From the human T2T-CHM13v2.0 reference genome, Homo sapiens, in the NCBI RefSeq assembly GCF_009914755.1, contig NC_060930.1: DNA of 64,000 nt. The stretch is one strand, 5' to 3'. The notes beneath the pieces are model-generated. The model was not told the origin of the DNA, made no database searches, and saw only the letters and a list, made by a program, of their open reading frames with translations. Positions 1 through 17,599 of the stretch are shown one piece after another. Positions within the stretch are counted from its first letter, which is position 1. Every line of letters begins with the position of its first letter. Both the position numbers and the translations under genes were made by a program.

Positions 1-690
1 ATTTTTTCCAGTTCATGGCTTATCTTTTTTATTTTCTTAAGTATGTATTTCAAAGATAAAAATATTTTAATTTGATGTTAAAATAATAGTTTATAATATT
101 CGATATGATTGTAATTATTTTTAAAATATTTTAGTTATTCATTACAAATATGTAGAAATAGTTTTTTTGTATGTTGGTCTTTATCCTGCAAACTTATTAA
201 TTGATTTATTATGTCTAGTAATTATGTATATTTTGTCAGGTTTTCCACACAGATAAACACAGTTTTATTTCTTTTTCAATCTGTATTACTGTAGTTTTTT
301 TTTTTTAATTTTATTGCTCCAGTGTGATGTTTAATAGAAAAGGTCAGAGCAAGCTTAAGGGGATATCATCTAAGCTTTACCATGAAGTATGATGTCAGTT
401 TTAGATTTTCTCAGATCTCCTTTATTGTGTTGAGGAGGTTTCTTTCTATTCCTAGTTTGCTGAGAATTTTCTTTTCCTTTCTTTTCTTCACAAATAAATG
501 TTGGATTTTTTTCAAATGCTTTTTCTGCATCTGTTGAGGTGATCATATGGTTCTTCTTTTCATACAATTAATTCTTAAATGCTGAACAAGTATTGCATTT
601 CCACAATAAATCTCAATTGGTCATGCTGTATTACGTATATATACTGCTAGATTGGATTAGCTAAAATTTGTGTTAAGAATTTTTGCATTT

Positions 691-934
<244 letters not shown>

Positions 935-1288
935 CTATAGTTTTCTTTTCTTATAATGGTTTTCTCTAGTTTTGTTATCAGTGTAAACACTGGCTTTATA
1001 GAATGAATTGGAAAATATTTTCTTCTCTTTAATTTCCTCAGAGACTGTGTTGAATTAGTATTATTTCTTCCTTAAAGACTGAGAGAGTTCCCCTCTATAG
1101 CAATCTAGGTCTGGAGATGTCTTTGAAACAAAAAAAAGTGTTTACAAATTTAATTTCTTCAATAGTTATAGAGTTTTGAGGTTATGTATTTCTTCTTTAG
1201 TGAATTTTATTATGTGTCTTCCAGGAAGTTTGTACATTTTATTTGATTGTCAAATTTATTGTCATAAAATTTTTCATATATATATATA

Positions 1289-1592
1289 TTTTTTTTTTGA
1301 GATGGAGTCTCACTCTGTTGCCCAGGCTGGAGTGCAGTGACGTGATCTTGGCTCACTGCAACCTCGCCTTCCAGGTTCAAGCAATTCTCTTGTCTCAGCC
1401 TTCCAAGTAGCTGGGACTATAGGAGTGCACCACCACACCCAGCTAATTTTTTTTTTCTTTTTTTGTATTTTTAGTAGACATGGGTTTTGCCATGTTGGTC
1501 AGGCTGGTCTCGAACTCCTGACCTCAAGGTGATCCACCTGCCTCAGCCTCCCAAAGTGCTAGGATTACAGCCATGAGCCACTGCACCTGGCC
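1289..1592 (-). mobile_element. Alu (AluS-like), full length
   Basis: T tract, then gagatggagtctcactctgttgcccaggctgg ... gagccactgcacctggcc. Confidence 0.95.
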
Positions 1593-1629
1593 AGTTTTTC
1601 ACAATATTCTATTCTTATTCTCTTTTTAA

Positions 1630-2550
1630 ACCAAACTATCTTTGAGAAAATTGTAGATTCATATGCAGTCCTAAGACATAATACAGAGATTCCATGGTGT
1701 CTTTACTTAGCTTCTGCCAATAGTAGCATCTTGCAAAATTACAGTTCAATATTGCAACCAGTGTATGGATATTGATACATTCAAGACGCAGAACATTTTC
1801 ATTACCACAAGGATTTCTCTTGTCAACCTTTTATATCAAAACCCACCTCCCTCCATCCATGACCTTTGACAACCTTTAATCTGTTCTCTATTTTTATAAT
1901 TTTGAGTTTGAAGATGTTATATAAGTGGAATCATAGACTATGTAGCCTATTGGGATTGGCTTTTTTTTTTGACTCAGCATAATTCTCTGGAGATTCACAC
2001 ATGTTCTTGCATGAATCAATAGGCCATTCTTTTTGATTGCTAAGTAGTATTCTATGGTATGCATGCACAACAGTTTGTTTAACCATTCATCCTTTTAAGA
2101 TAGGTGGGTTGTTTCTAGTATTTATCTCTTATGAATAAAGCCCCTATAAACACTTGTGTATAAGTTTTTGTGCAGACATCAGCTTTCATTTCTTTGAGAT
2201 AAATTATAGGGTTATAAGGTAGTTGCATATTTAACTTTTAAAGAAATATCAAAGTATTTTCCAGAATGGTCATACCATTTTATATTACCACCAGCAATGT
2301 ATAACATCTGATTTCTCCACATCTTTGCCAATATTGGGTGTTTTCATTGTTTTTTATTTTAGTGATTCTGATAGTTATGTAGTGATATCTCATGACTTTA
2401 ATTTGTATTTCCCTAATGAATTATGATATTGAGTACATTTTCATGTGGTCATTTCCCATCAGAATATCATCTTCAATGAAATGTCTGTTTAGGTATTTTG
2501 CCCATTTCTAATTTGATTGTATTTTAAACTAAGATTTGTGAGTTCATTTT
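1630..2550 (-). mobile_element. Old L1M 3' portion (host of the L1PA insertion)
   Basis: Antisense L1M 3'UTR/ORF2-end motifs; continues collinearly after the TSD at 8336. Confidence 0.7.
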
Positions 2551-2799
2551 TTCTTTGTATACTTTAAGTTCTCGGGTACATGTGCACAACATGCAGGTTT
2601 GTTACATAAGTATACATGTGCCATGTTGGTTTGCTGCATCCGTCAACTCATCATTTACATTAGGTATTTCTCCTAATGCTATCCCTCCCCCAGCCTCGCA
2701 CCCCACTACAGGCCCTAGTGTGTGATGTTCCCCGCCCTGTGTCCATGTGTTCTCGTTGTTCAACTCCCACCTATGAGTGAGAACATGCAGTGTTTGGTT

Positions 2800-6561
<3,762 letters not shown>

Positions 6562-6623
6562 TATGATGTTAGCTGGTTATTTGCCTGTTAATTGATGCAA
6601 TTTCTTCCTGGCCTCGATGCTCT

Positions 6624-7648
6624 TTACCATTTGGCATGTTTTTGCAGTGGCTGGTACTGGTTGTTCCTTTCCATGTTTAGTGCTTCCTTCAGGAGCTCTT
6701 GTAAAGCAGGCCTGTTGGTGATAAAATCTCTCAGCATTTGCTTGTCTGTAAGGGATTTTATTTCTCTTTCACTTATGAAGCTTAGTTTGGCTGGATATGA
6801 GATTCCGGGTTTTAAATTCTTTTCTTTAAGAAGTTTGACTATTGGCCCCCACTCTCTTCTGACTTGCAGGGTTTCTGCCGAGAGATCCTCTGTTAGTCTG
6901 ATGGGCTTCGCTTTGTGGGTAACCCAACCTTTCTCTCTGGCTGCCCTAAACATTTTTTCCTTCATTTCAACTTTGGTGAATCTGACAATTATGTGTCTTG
7001 GAGTTGCTCTTCTCGAGGAGTATCTTTGTGGTGTTCTCTTTATTTCCTGAATTTGAATGTTGGCCTGCCTTGCTAGGCTACGGAAGTTCTCCTGGATAAT
7101 ATCCTGAAGAGTGTTTTCTAACTTGGGTCTATTCTCCCTGTCACTTTCTGATACACCAATCAAACATATATTTGGTCTTTTCACATAGTCCCATATTTCT
7201 TGGAGCCTTTGTTCATTTTCTTCACTCTTTTTTCTCTAATCTTGTCTTCTCACTTTATTTCATTAATTTGATCTTCAGTCACTGATATCCTTTCTTCCAC
7301 TTGATTGAATCAGCTACTGAAGCTTGTGCATGCGTCATGAAGTTCATGTGTCGTGGCTTTCAGCTCCATCAGGTCATTTAAGGTCTTCTCTACACTGTTT
7401 ATTCTAGTTAGCCATTCGTCTAACCTTTTTTCAAGGTTTTTAGTTTCCTTGCAGTGGGCTACAACATACTTCTTTAGCTTGGAGAAGTTTGTTATTACCG
7501 ACCTTCTGAAGCCTACTTCTGTCAACTTGTCAAACTCATTCTCTGTCCAGTTTTGTTCCCTTGCTGGCAAAGAGCTGTGATCCTTTGGAGGAGAAGAGGC
7601 GCTCTGTTTTTTGCAATTTTCAGCTTTTCTGTTCTGGTTTCTCCCCAT
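6624..7648 (-). pseudogene. L1 ORF1p, disrupted
   Basis: MGRNQNRKAENCKKQSASSPPK start and MERNNQYQPLQKHAK end, split into two ORFs. Confidence 0.95.
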
Positions 7649-10361
7649 CTTTGGTTTTATCTACCTTTGGGTTTTGATGTTGGTGACCGACGGATGGGGT
7701 TTTGGTGTGGATGTCCTTTTCGTTGATGTTGATGCTATTCCTTTCTATTTGTTAGTTTTCCTTCTAACAGTCAGACCCCTCAGCTGCAGGTCTGTTGGCA
7801 TTTGCTGGAGGTCCACTTCAGACCCTGTTTGCCTGGGTATCACAGTGGAGGCTGCGGAACAGCAAATATTGCTGACTGATCCTTCTTCTGGAAGCTTCGT
7901 CCCAGAGGGACACCTGCCTGTTTGAGGTGTCTGTCGGCCCCTACTGGGAGGTGTTTCCCAGTCAGTCTACACGGGGGTCAGGGACCCACTTGAAGAGGCA
8001 GTCTTTCTGTTCTTGGAACTCGAACGCCGTGCTGAGAGAACCACTGCTCTCTTCTGAGCCATCAGACAGAGACATTTAAATCTGAAGAAGCTGTCTGCTG
8101 ACTTTTTTTCTACTATGCCCTGCCCCCAGAGGTGGAATGTATAGAGGCAATGGGCCTTGCTGAGCTGCAGTGGGCTCCATCCAGTTCGTGCTTCTGGGCC
8201 TCTTTGTTTACACTCTGAGGTATTCAAGTTGGAAATGCAGTTGGAAATGCAGAAGTTACCAGTCTTGTGTGTCGATCTCGCTGGGAGCTGCAGACTGGAG
8301 CTCTTCCTATTTGTCCATCTTGGAAGCAACTCTGGGAGTTCATTTTATATTCTGATATTGTTCTTTTGTTGGATATATGGTTTGCAAATATTCTCTCCCT
8401 ATCTATAGTTTTCATTTTCATTCTTTTACTAGGGCTTTTTGCAGATCAGAAATACTTAATTTGAAGAAGTTCAATTTATCAGAATTTGTTCTATGGGTAG
8501 TGCTTTTGGTGTCAAAGCTAAAAACCCTGCTATCCCTAGATCTCAAATTTTCTTCTGTTTTTTTAATGCAAGTTTTACAGTTGTACATTTTACGATTAAG
8601 TGAATGATTCATTTTGAGTTAATTTCTTTCTTAGGTGTGAGACATAAGTTTCACTTTTTTACCTATGCATGTCCAGTTGCTCCAACACTATTTGTTGAAA
8701 AGGCTGTTCTTTCTCCATTAAAGAAGGCATATTTGTGTAGGTCTGTTTCTGTGTTGTTTATTCTAGTCCATTGATCTATGTTTCACTCCCTCATTTTAGC
8801 TATTTCAGTTTTCTATATAAAAATTTTAGAATTATCTTGTCTACATCTACAGAAAATCTTGCTGTTACTTTGTTAGGAATTGTGTTAAACCTTTATGTCA
8901 ATTTGGAGAGAACTGACATATATTCTGTATGATGTCTTCCAATTCATGAACACTGTGTGTCTTTCTGTTTGTTTAGATCTTTGATTTATTGTATCAGTAT
9001 TTTGTAATTTTTACATGTCCTATACATGTCTTGTTAGATTTACCCCTAAGTATTTCATTTTTTGACTAATTTTAAATTATGTTGTATGTTTAATTTTAGC
9101 ATCCATGTAATCATTGCTATTACATAGAAATGTAATCAATTTTTAATGTTTATCTTGTATTCTGCAAACTTCTAAATTCATTTTTTCTAGATTTTTTTGA
9201 TAGCTTTCTTGGGATTTTCTACACAGACAATCATGTCATCTGCAAAAAGGGAGAGTTTTTGTTTTTCTTGTTTACTGATCTATGTGTCTTTCACATCCTT
9301 TTGTTGCTTTATTACACTGGCTAAGACTTCCAGCACTATGTTGAGTAAGAAATAGTGGGATCAGGCATCCCTGCTTTGTTCCCAGTATTAGGGGGAAAGC
9401 ATTCAGTCTTTCATCATTAAGTATAATATAATGGCACTGTAAGTTTTATGTTGATATTATTTGTCAAACTGAGGAATGTGAAAGTTTTTAACCATGAATG
9501 AGTGATGAATTTTGTCAAATACTTTTCTGCTTCAATTTATTTAACTGTTATTTTTCTTCTTTAGCCTGTATGGTAGATTACATTAACTGGTTCTTTAGTA
9601 TTGAACCAGCTCAAGTAAATCTCATTCGATCATGGTAATTTTTTTTTATATATTGCTGAATTACATTTCCTGCATTTTGCTAAGGAGTTTTGCATCTATA
9701 TTCATGAGTGATATTGTTCTATAGTTTGTTGCTTCTTTGCATTTTGTCTGATTTTGGTATCAGGGAAATACTAGCTTCATAAAATGAATTGGGAAATATT
9801 CCCTTCTATTCTATTTTCGGGAAGAGATTATGTAGAATTGGTGTTAATTATCTGAACAGTTCGTAGGATTTTCCAAAATCATCTTGTCCTGGAGATTTCT
9901 TTTTTGGGGGGAGTTTTAAACTTATTAATTTAATTTCCTTAATTATTTTAGAACTAATCAAAGTATCTGTTTTTTAAATCGGGTAAGTTGTGGAGTTTGC
10001 GTTTTTCAAATAATTGGTCTATTTTAACAAATTTGTCAAATTCATGAGTTAGAGTTGTTCACAGTATTTCATTATTACCCTTTTGATGTATCCAAGTCTG
10101 TAATAATGTACTTTTTCATTCCTGATTATGATAATTTCTGTCTTCTCTTTTTCTTTGTCAGTCTTGTTGAAGATTAATTTTATTGTTATTTTCAAATAAC
10201 CAACTCTTTCTTTCTTTGATTTTCTTTTTTTCTGTTTTTAATTTCAGTGTTTTCTGCTCTTCATTATTGTCTTTCTTCTGCTTATTCTTTCATCTTTGGA
10301 GGCAGGAACTTAGAGTGTTGATTTGAGATGTTTTCTATTTTCTAATTTTGTTTAGAATTAG

Positions 10362-10421
10362 GGTTCGTTTGTTCAATGATTAAAGTCCTACATGATCTGA
10401 GTTCAGACCAGAGTAATCCAG
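10362..10421 (+). pseudogene. NUMT: ~60-bp fragment of mitochondrial 16S rRNA (MT-RNR2-derived)
   Basis: ggttcgtttgttcaatgattaaagtcctacatgatctgagttcagaccagagtaatccag versus mt 16S ggttcgtttgttcaacgattaaagtcctacgtgatctgagttcagaccggagtaatccag; includes the 16Sbr primer site. Confidence 0.93.
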
Positions 10422-11933
10422 TAGGCATTTAGTGATATATATTTTCTTCTCAGCATTGCTTTAGCTGTGTCTCACAAAATTTGATACGTTGCATTTTTCC
10501 TTTTCATTCAATTCAATGTAATTTTAAAATTTCCCTTGAGACTTCCTCTTTCTCACATGGTTATTAGAAGTATATAATTTTGTTTCCAAGATTTTGGGAA
10601 TCTCCTTTTGATACTGATTTCTAGTTTGATTACATTGTGGCTGGAGTACACACTCTATATGAGTTCAATTATTTTAACTGTGTTAAGGCCCAGGATTTTG
10701 TCTATCTTGATATATGTTCTGTGGAGTCTTCTATAAATATCAATTATATTCTTATGGTTGATGGTGTTGTTCAGTTCTTCTACATTATTGTTGATTTTCT
10801 GCCTAGTTCCATTAATTTCTGAGAGGGTGTTGAAGTCTCCATCTACAATTATTGATTTGGCTATTCCTGTTTTTAGTTATATCAGTGTTTCTTTACCTAT
10901 TTTGCAGCTCTTTTGTTTGGAGCATACAAATGCAGGATTGCTTGTCTTCTTGTTATACTGCCTCTTTTACCATAACGTCTCTGATACTTTGCTTTGAAAT
11001 CTACTTTATTTAATATTAGTGTAGCTATTCTTGCTTTAATATAAATAATGTTTGCATGATATATCCTTTTCCATCTTTTCACTTTCAAGTTGCCAGTATC
11101 ATTATGTTAAAGTGAATTTCTTATAGACAACATACAACTGGTCATGTTTTTCAATTCACTCTGCCAATCTCTGTCTTTTAATTGATATACAAAAGTCATT
11201 TATGTAGGTAATTATATGTTAGGCTTTAGTCTGTCATTTTAATTTTGGTGTTGTATTTCTCTTTGTTTTTCATTTGTCTGTTTTATTTTTTCTGACTTCT
11301 TCTGGGTTATCTGAACATTTTGTAGAGTTCCATTTTTAGATATCTATAGTGTATTTCAGTGTATCTCTTTCTACAGCTTTTCCAGTTGTTTTTAGTTATT
11401 ATACCATATATACATAACTTATCACTATCTATTGTATCATCATTTTACAAACTATAGTGAATTGTAGACATCTCCCTTTCTGTTGCTTTACTTTCTCATT
11501 TTTAATAGAATCATGTAAATATTCCTATACATTAATTGAAACCACATAAGACAGTGTTGTAATTTTGCTTCAACTGCCAAACATAATTTAGGAAACTCAA
11601 GAGGAGAAGGGAAATATATTTACTTATATTTTTTACTCTTTTGATTTTTTATTCCTTGCTGATGTTCCAAAATTCTTTGTTATTATTTTCTCTGTGTTTA
11701 GATAACTTCTTTTACTCATTCTTTTAATTAAGGTCTGCTGATGACAAATTTTCCTAGTTTTTCTTCATCTAAGAATGTCTAGATTTCTCCATCATTCACT
11801 GGATGTACTGTATTCACTGGAGATACGATTCTGGTTTGACTATTCTTTTCTTTCAGCTCTTGAAAAATGCTGTGTTACTTTCATCTGGCCTCCATGGTTT
11901 CTGATGAAAATTGCCTTTTTAATTATTACTATT

Positions 11934-12238
11934 ATTATTATTATTATTTTTGAGACAGAGTCTCGCTCTGTCCCCCAGGCTGGAGTGCAGTGGTGCAATC
12001 TCGGCTCACTGCAAACTCTGCCTCCCAGGTTCACGCCATTCTCCTGCCTTAGCCTCCTGAGTAGCTGGGACTACAGGCGCCTGCCACCATGCCCGGCTAA
12101 TTTTTTTTTTTTGTATTTTTAGTAGAGATGGGGTTTCACCATGTTAGCCAGGATGGTCTCGATTTCCTGAGCTCATGATCTGCCCATCTCAGCCTCCCAA
12201 AGTGCTCGGATTACAGGTGTGATCCACTGCACCTGGCC
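11934..12238 (-). mobile_element. Alu (AluY/Sc-like) with (att)n tail
   Basis: tcacgccattctcc and ttagccaggatggtctcgat diagnostics; TSD ttaattattactatt at 11919-11933 and 12239-12253. Confidence 0.96.
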
Positions 12239-12346
12239 TTAATTATTACTATTTTTGTTGTGTAAGACATTTCTCTCACCTTGCTTTCAAGATTTTTTTC
12301 TTGTTTCTTTTTTTTTTTTCGCACGTTTCTATATGACGTAGTGTGA

Positions 12347-12665
<319 letters not shown>

Positions 12666-12693
12666 GGATTTCTTTTCTTTTCTTTTCTTTTCA

Positions 12694-13878
<1,185 letters not shown>

Positions 13879-14308
13879 TAAAACTGTAGATTTGTGGCTT
13901 TTTCCAAATCTGGGAAATTTTCAATCATTAATTCTTTGTTAATTCTTTCAGCTCCTTTTTCTCTTCTTCCCTGAGACTCCAATAACATGAACATTATTAT
14001 ACTTCCATAGTAATGTATAACAGTCTCTGAGACTGTTTTTCATAGTCTAGGTTAGGTATTCAAAAATATTTTTACATCATACCTCTTCTAGTTTATGGCT
14101 TCACTTCTGTTTTAACATCAGGTTAATTTGTTGTGCAAATTTAAAGGTAAATTGTCATACTCTTTTTGATCTTGAAAATTAAGAATCCCAGGTATTTTCT
14201 ATTTTATAAGAATAATACCATTTTTGTAATAATAAATATAAAATAATATGTTTTTCTCATATGTGTATAAATTAAACCATGATAAATCAGGTAAATGATT
14301 TTCCCCCA

Positions 14309-14976
14309 GTGCATAGATTCAATTGTGGCCAAAAGAAGCTGAAGGTCAATATCTTGGAGGTTGTGATAAAAAGATGGAGATATATGAAAAAAAACCTTTT
14401 TGTGTTGGATATGTGAAAATTGCTTAGAGATGCTCAGAATAGTATGTATATTAGACACTAAATGAAATATGCTGATAAAGTGAATAGGAAGAAGCACTAT
14501 AGAGGTTCTTAATTGATGATAATAACACTGCTTCTGCTTTTTCTAACTCAGTTTATATCCAGGGTTATTGTGTTGAAATTAATTATGGGTAATTGCTTCC
14601 AGGCTCCATAGGCAGGAGTGAAGTGATTGATTAATGGCATTTTCCATGGATATATGTGTGAAGGGACTGGTAGCGTTCTGTCTATGGTGTAGGAAATGAA
14701 AAGTTCATTTCATTTGGTGGATACTGTGGTAACCTCTACAATAGCAATTTTTCTTTCTCTTTAATATTGCCTGCAGGACTCACTTTCCTGCCATAACATA
14801 GAATGATAATGCTAGATACCTGATTTTCTAGCCTGGCCTTGGAAATGTGCATGTGATTCAATTCTGGCCAAAAGTAGCTGAGGGCCAATATCTTGGAGGT
14901 GGTGATAAAACGATACAGATACATGAAGAAATTCTTTTCCTCTTGGATATGTGACAATTGCTTAGAGAGGCTTAGA
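14309..14976 (+). repeat. Diverged ~130-bp direct repeat (14309-14438 and 14847-14976)
   Basis: Both copies share gattcaatt.tggccaaaag.agctga.gg.caatatcttggaggt.gtgataaaa and ttggatatgtga.aattgcttagaga. Confidence 0.9.
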
Positions 14977-15130
14977 GTTTCTGTGGTTCATGTGTTACCT
15001 TGAAGGGAAGACCAAAAGAGTTGTAGACAAGGTATCCCAAGACCTTAACATTCTTGAGTCAATAAATTAGTACTGTTCTCGTCTTTCTCCATATTTCTGC
15101 CTACGTAAGAAAAACCATAATTGTTGGGCT
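14724..15130. mobile_element. Ancient ERVL-type LTR remnant (LTR33/LTR16-like)
   Basis: tgtgg start and catgtgattcaattctggccaa motif recalled from that LTR group. Confidence 0.45.
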
Positions 15131-15295
15131 TACTGTTTCTCAAATATTAATATAAATATGAATCCCTTGAGGATCTTGCTAAAATGAAGATTTGGATTCA
15201 GTGTTGCTGGGTAATAACTCAAGACCCTATATTTTGAACACATTTTTAGGTGATTCTGATACTATTTTATGGGCCATACATTGTGTAGTAAAGGA
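15130..15295. mobile_element. MER5-like hAT DNA transposon remnant
   Basis: gtttctcaaa ... cttgctaaaatgaagattt ... aggtgattctgat ... ccatacattg. Confidence 0.55.
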
Positions 15296-15465
15296 TTAAG
15301 CCATTTTGATGAGGACTATTCAGAGCTGAAACATCCTGAGAGTCACTGAGCTTACAGAAGCAAAAGACTCTGGCAAAAAAACAAACAAACAAACAAAAGC
15401 AGTCTGGTAACTTTTAAGGAATTTGGTGATAGAATAAGAGTTGAAAGATATTTAGGGCTAAATAC

Positions 15466-15716
15466 AATAGTGTGCTGATAAATGTTTAACAGCTAGCTCT
15501 GTGAGGGTCAAAAAGGCCAGGATATTTTTTAAAAAAGGTCTCTAGGGAAAAAAGAAAGCCATGCCACTTTCCATCAAATAAGTACTCCCACCATGTCTGA
15601 TTTCAAACTCCTAATGTACCATCACAGAAAGAACTACTGTCTTAGAAATTCTTGGGAAGAGTTATGTACAATTGGCTCTTGTGATCTGATACCAGTCAGC
15701 TCTACCACACCACTGG
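15466..15716. mobile_element. MER63-like hAT DNA transposon remnant
   Basis: Degenerate TIRs: agtgtgctgataaatgtttaaca ... ctaccacaccactgg. Confidence 0.6.
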
Positions 15717-16849
15717 CTACATAAACCATATTCCATTAAATTCACTAAACACCAAAGAATGCTCTGATTTAAAAAACAATATTTCTTATTCTAATTACAA
15801 AATAAACTATATTTACATGGGCAGTAAACTTGAGTATAAAGAATAAATCCAAAATAACTCAAAGACCTTTCAGATAAATTATCCTTAACAATTTGGTAAA
15901 TATCACTCTAAGTCAGGGTTCTTAATTGTAAGCAATAGAAGCTGATTCTGTTTTAATTAAATAGGAAAATAATGTATTAAGTAAATATTGGATAGTTTAG
16001 AGAATTTTGGAGAAGTCAGGAGAGTCAGGTTTACTAAGCAGCCAGGGAAAATAGCCCAAACCCAGAACCTGTTTAGTAGGAGGAACTGTTTCTTGCTGCT
16101 GCCAGACACAATACTCCCTGATTTTACCTCTTTGGATAGTAGCTCTTGAGCCAGTCTTCGACAATAGCATAGACTAATTTCCGTGTCTATGCCTTAACTG
16201 TAAAGGAATTTGGGAAAAGGAGTATTGGTTCCTAAATTTTGAAGGTCACTCTTGCCTCTCACCAGGAAGTAAAAGGTAGAAAATTTCCCAAATACTGGAT
16301 GGATATTGAGTAGTCAAAGAATACATTTTCACCATTATATTAAGATTGAAATCTTACAAAATAGTTATATACTTTGATTTTTTACATTAGTTATTATATC
16401 ATGAAAAATTTTTGTCATTACGTATTCTTTGTGAGCATTTTTTACTACTAATTCAAGATACTGCTATGTGAGCATGGGTTTAATGATTGCATAATTTTCC
16501 ACCATGCACTACTTCCCAATTACACAAGTTTCAGGGTGTTGTTTTTTTTTCTGAAAATTTTAATCTTTTAAAATATCTTTACACTCTTTTGCAACTTTTA
16601 ATTTCAGTGACAAATACTTGACTTCGTATCATCAATCAATCTGGGAATTAACTTTCTTGGTTTCTTAATCTTAGTCCGCTCTTTCATAATTAAAAACATT
16701 TCAACCGTTTAAAAATTTTTGGTATATGGCTTTAAACCGTGTCTGTTTCCAAAGAGGAAATACCTTTGTGGCATCTAGCATACAAATGATGCTGTAATGT
16801 TATGTTATAGGTATCCATCAGAGCTGGCCCAAGTTTTGTTTCTTTCCGT

Positions 16850-17317
16850 CCTTTTTTCTTCTCTTTTTCCTTCCTTTCCTTCCTTTCCTTCCTTCCTTCC
16901 TTCCATCCATCCATCTTTTTTCTCTCTTTCTTTCGCTCTCCTTCCTTCCTCCCTTCCTCTTTCCTTCCTCCCTCCCTTCCTCCTTCCTTCCTCCCTCCCT
17001 TCCTCCTCTTCCTTCCTTCCCTCCCTCCCTCTTTCCTTCCTTTTATCCTTCCTTCCTTTTTCCTTCCTTCCATCCATCCATCTTTTCTTTTTTCTTTTCT
17101 TTTCTTTTCTTTCTCTTTCTCTCTCTTTCCTTCCTTCCCCCTCCCTCCTTCCCTTCCCTTCCTTCCCTTCCCTCCCTTCCTTCCTTCCTTCCTTCCTTCC
17201 TTCCTTCCTTCCTTCCTTCCTTCCTTCCTTCCTCCCTCTCTCCCTCCTCTCCCCTCCTCTCCCTTTCCCTCCTTTCCTCTCTCTCTCTCTTTCTTTTTTT
17301 TTGTTTTGTTTTGTTCT
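16850..17317. repeat. Long polypyrimidine (ttcc/cttt/ct)n microsatellite complex abutting an Alu tail
   Basis: About 460 bp almost free of purines, with a perfect (ttcc)n core near 17177-17232. Confidence 0.97.

Positions 17318-17599
<282 letters not shown>

Noticed and set aside
10362-10421. Functional rRNA gene or microbial contamination
   Set aside because: Only 60 nt, CpG-decayed, and seamlessly embedded in nuclear L1 sequence.
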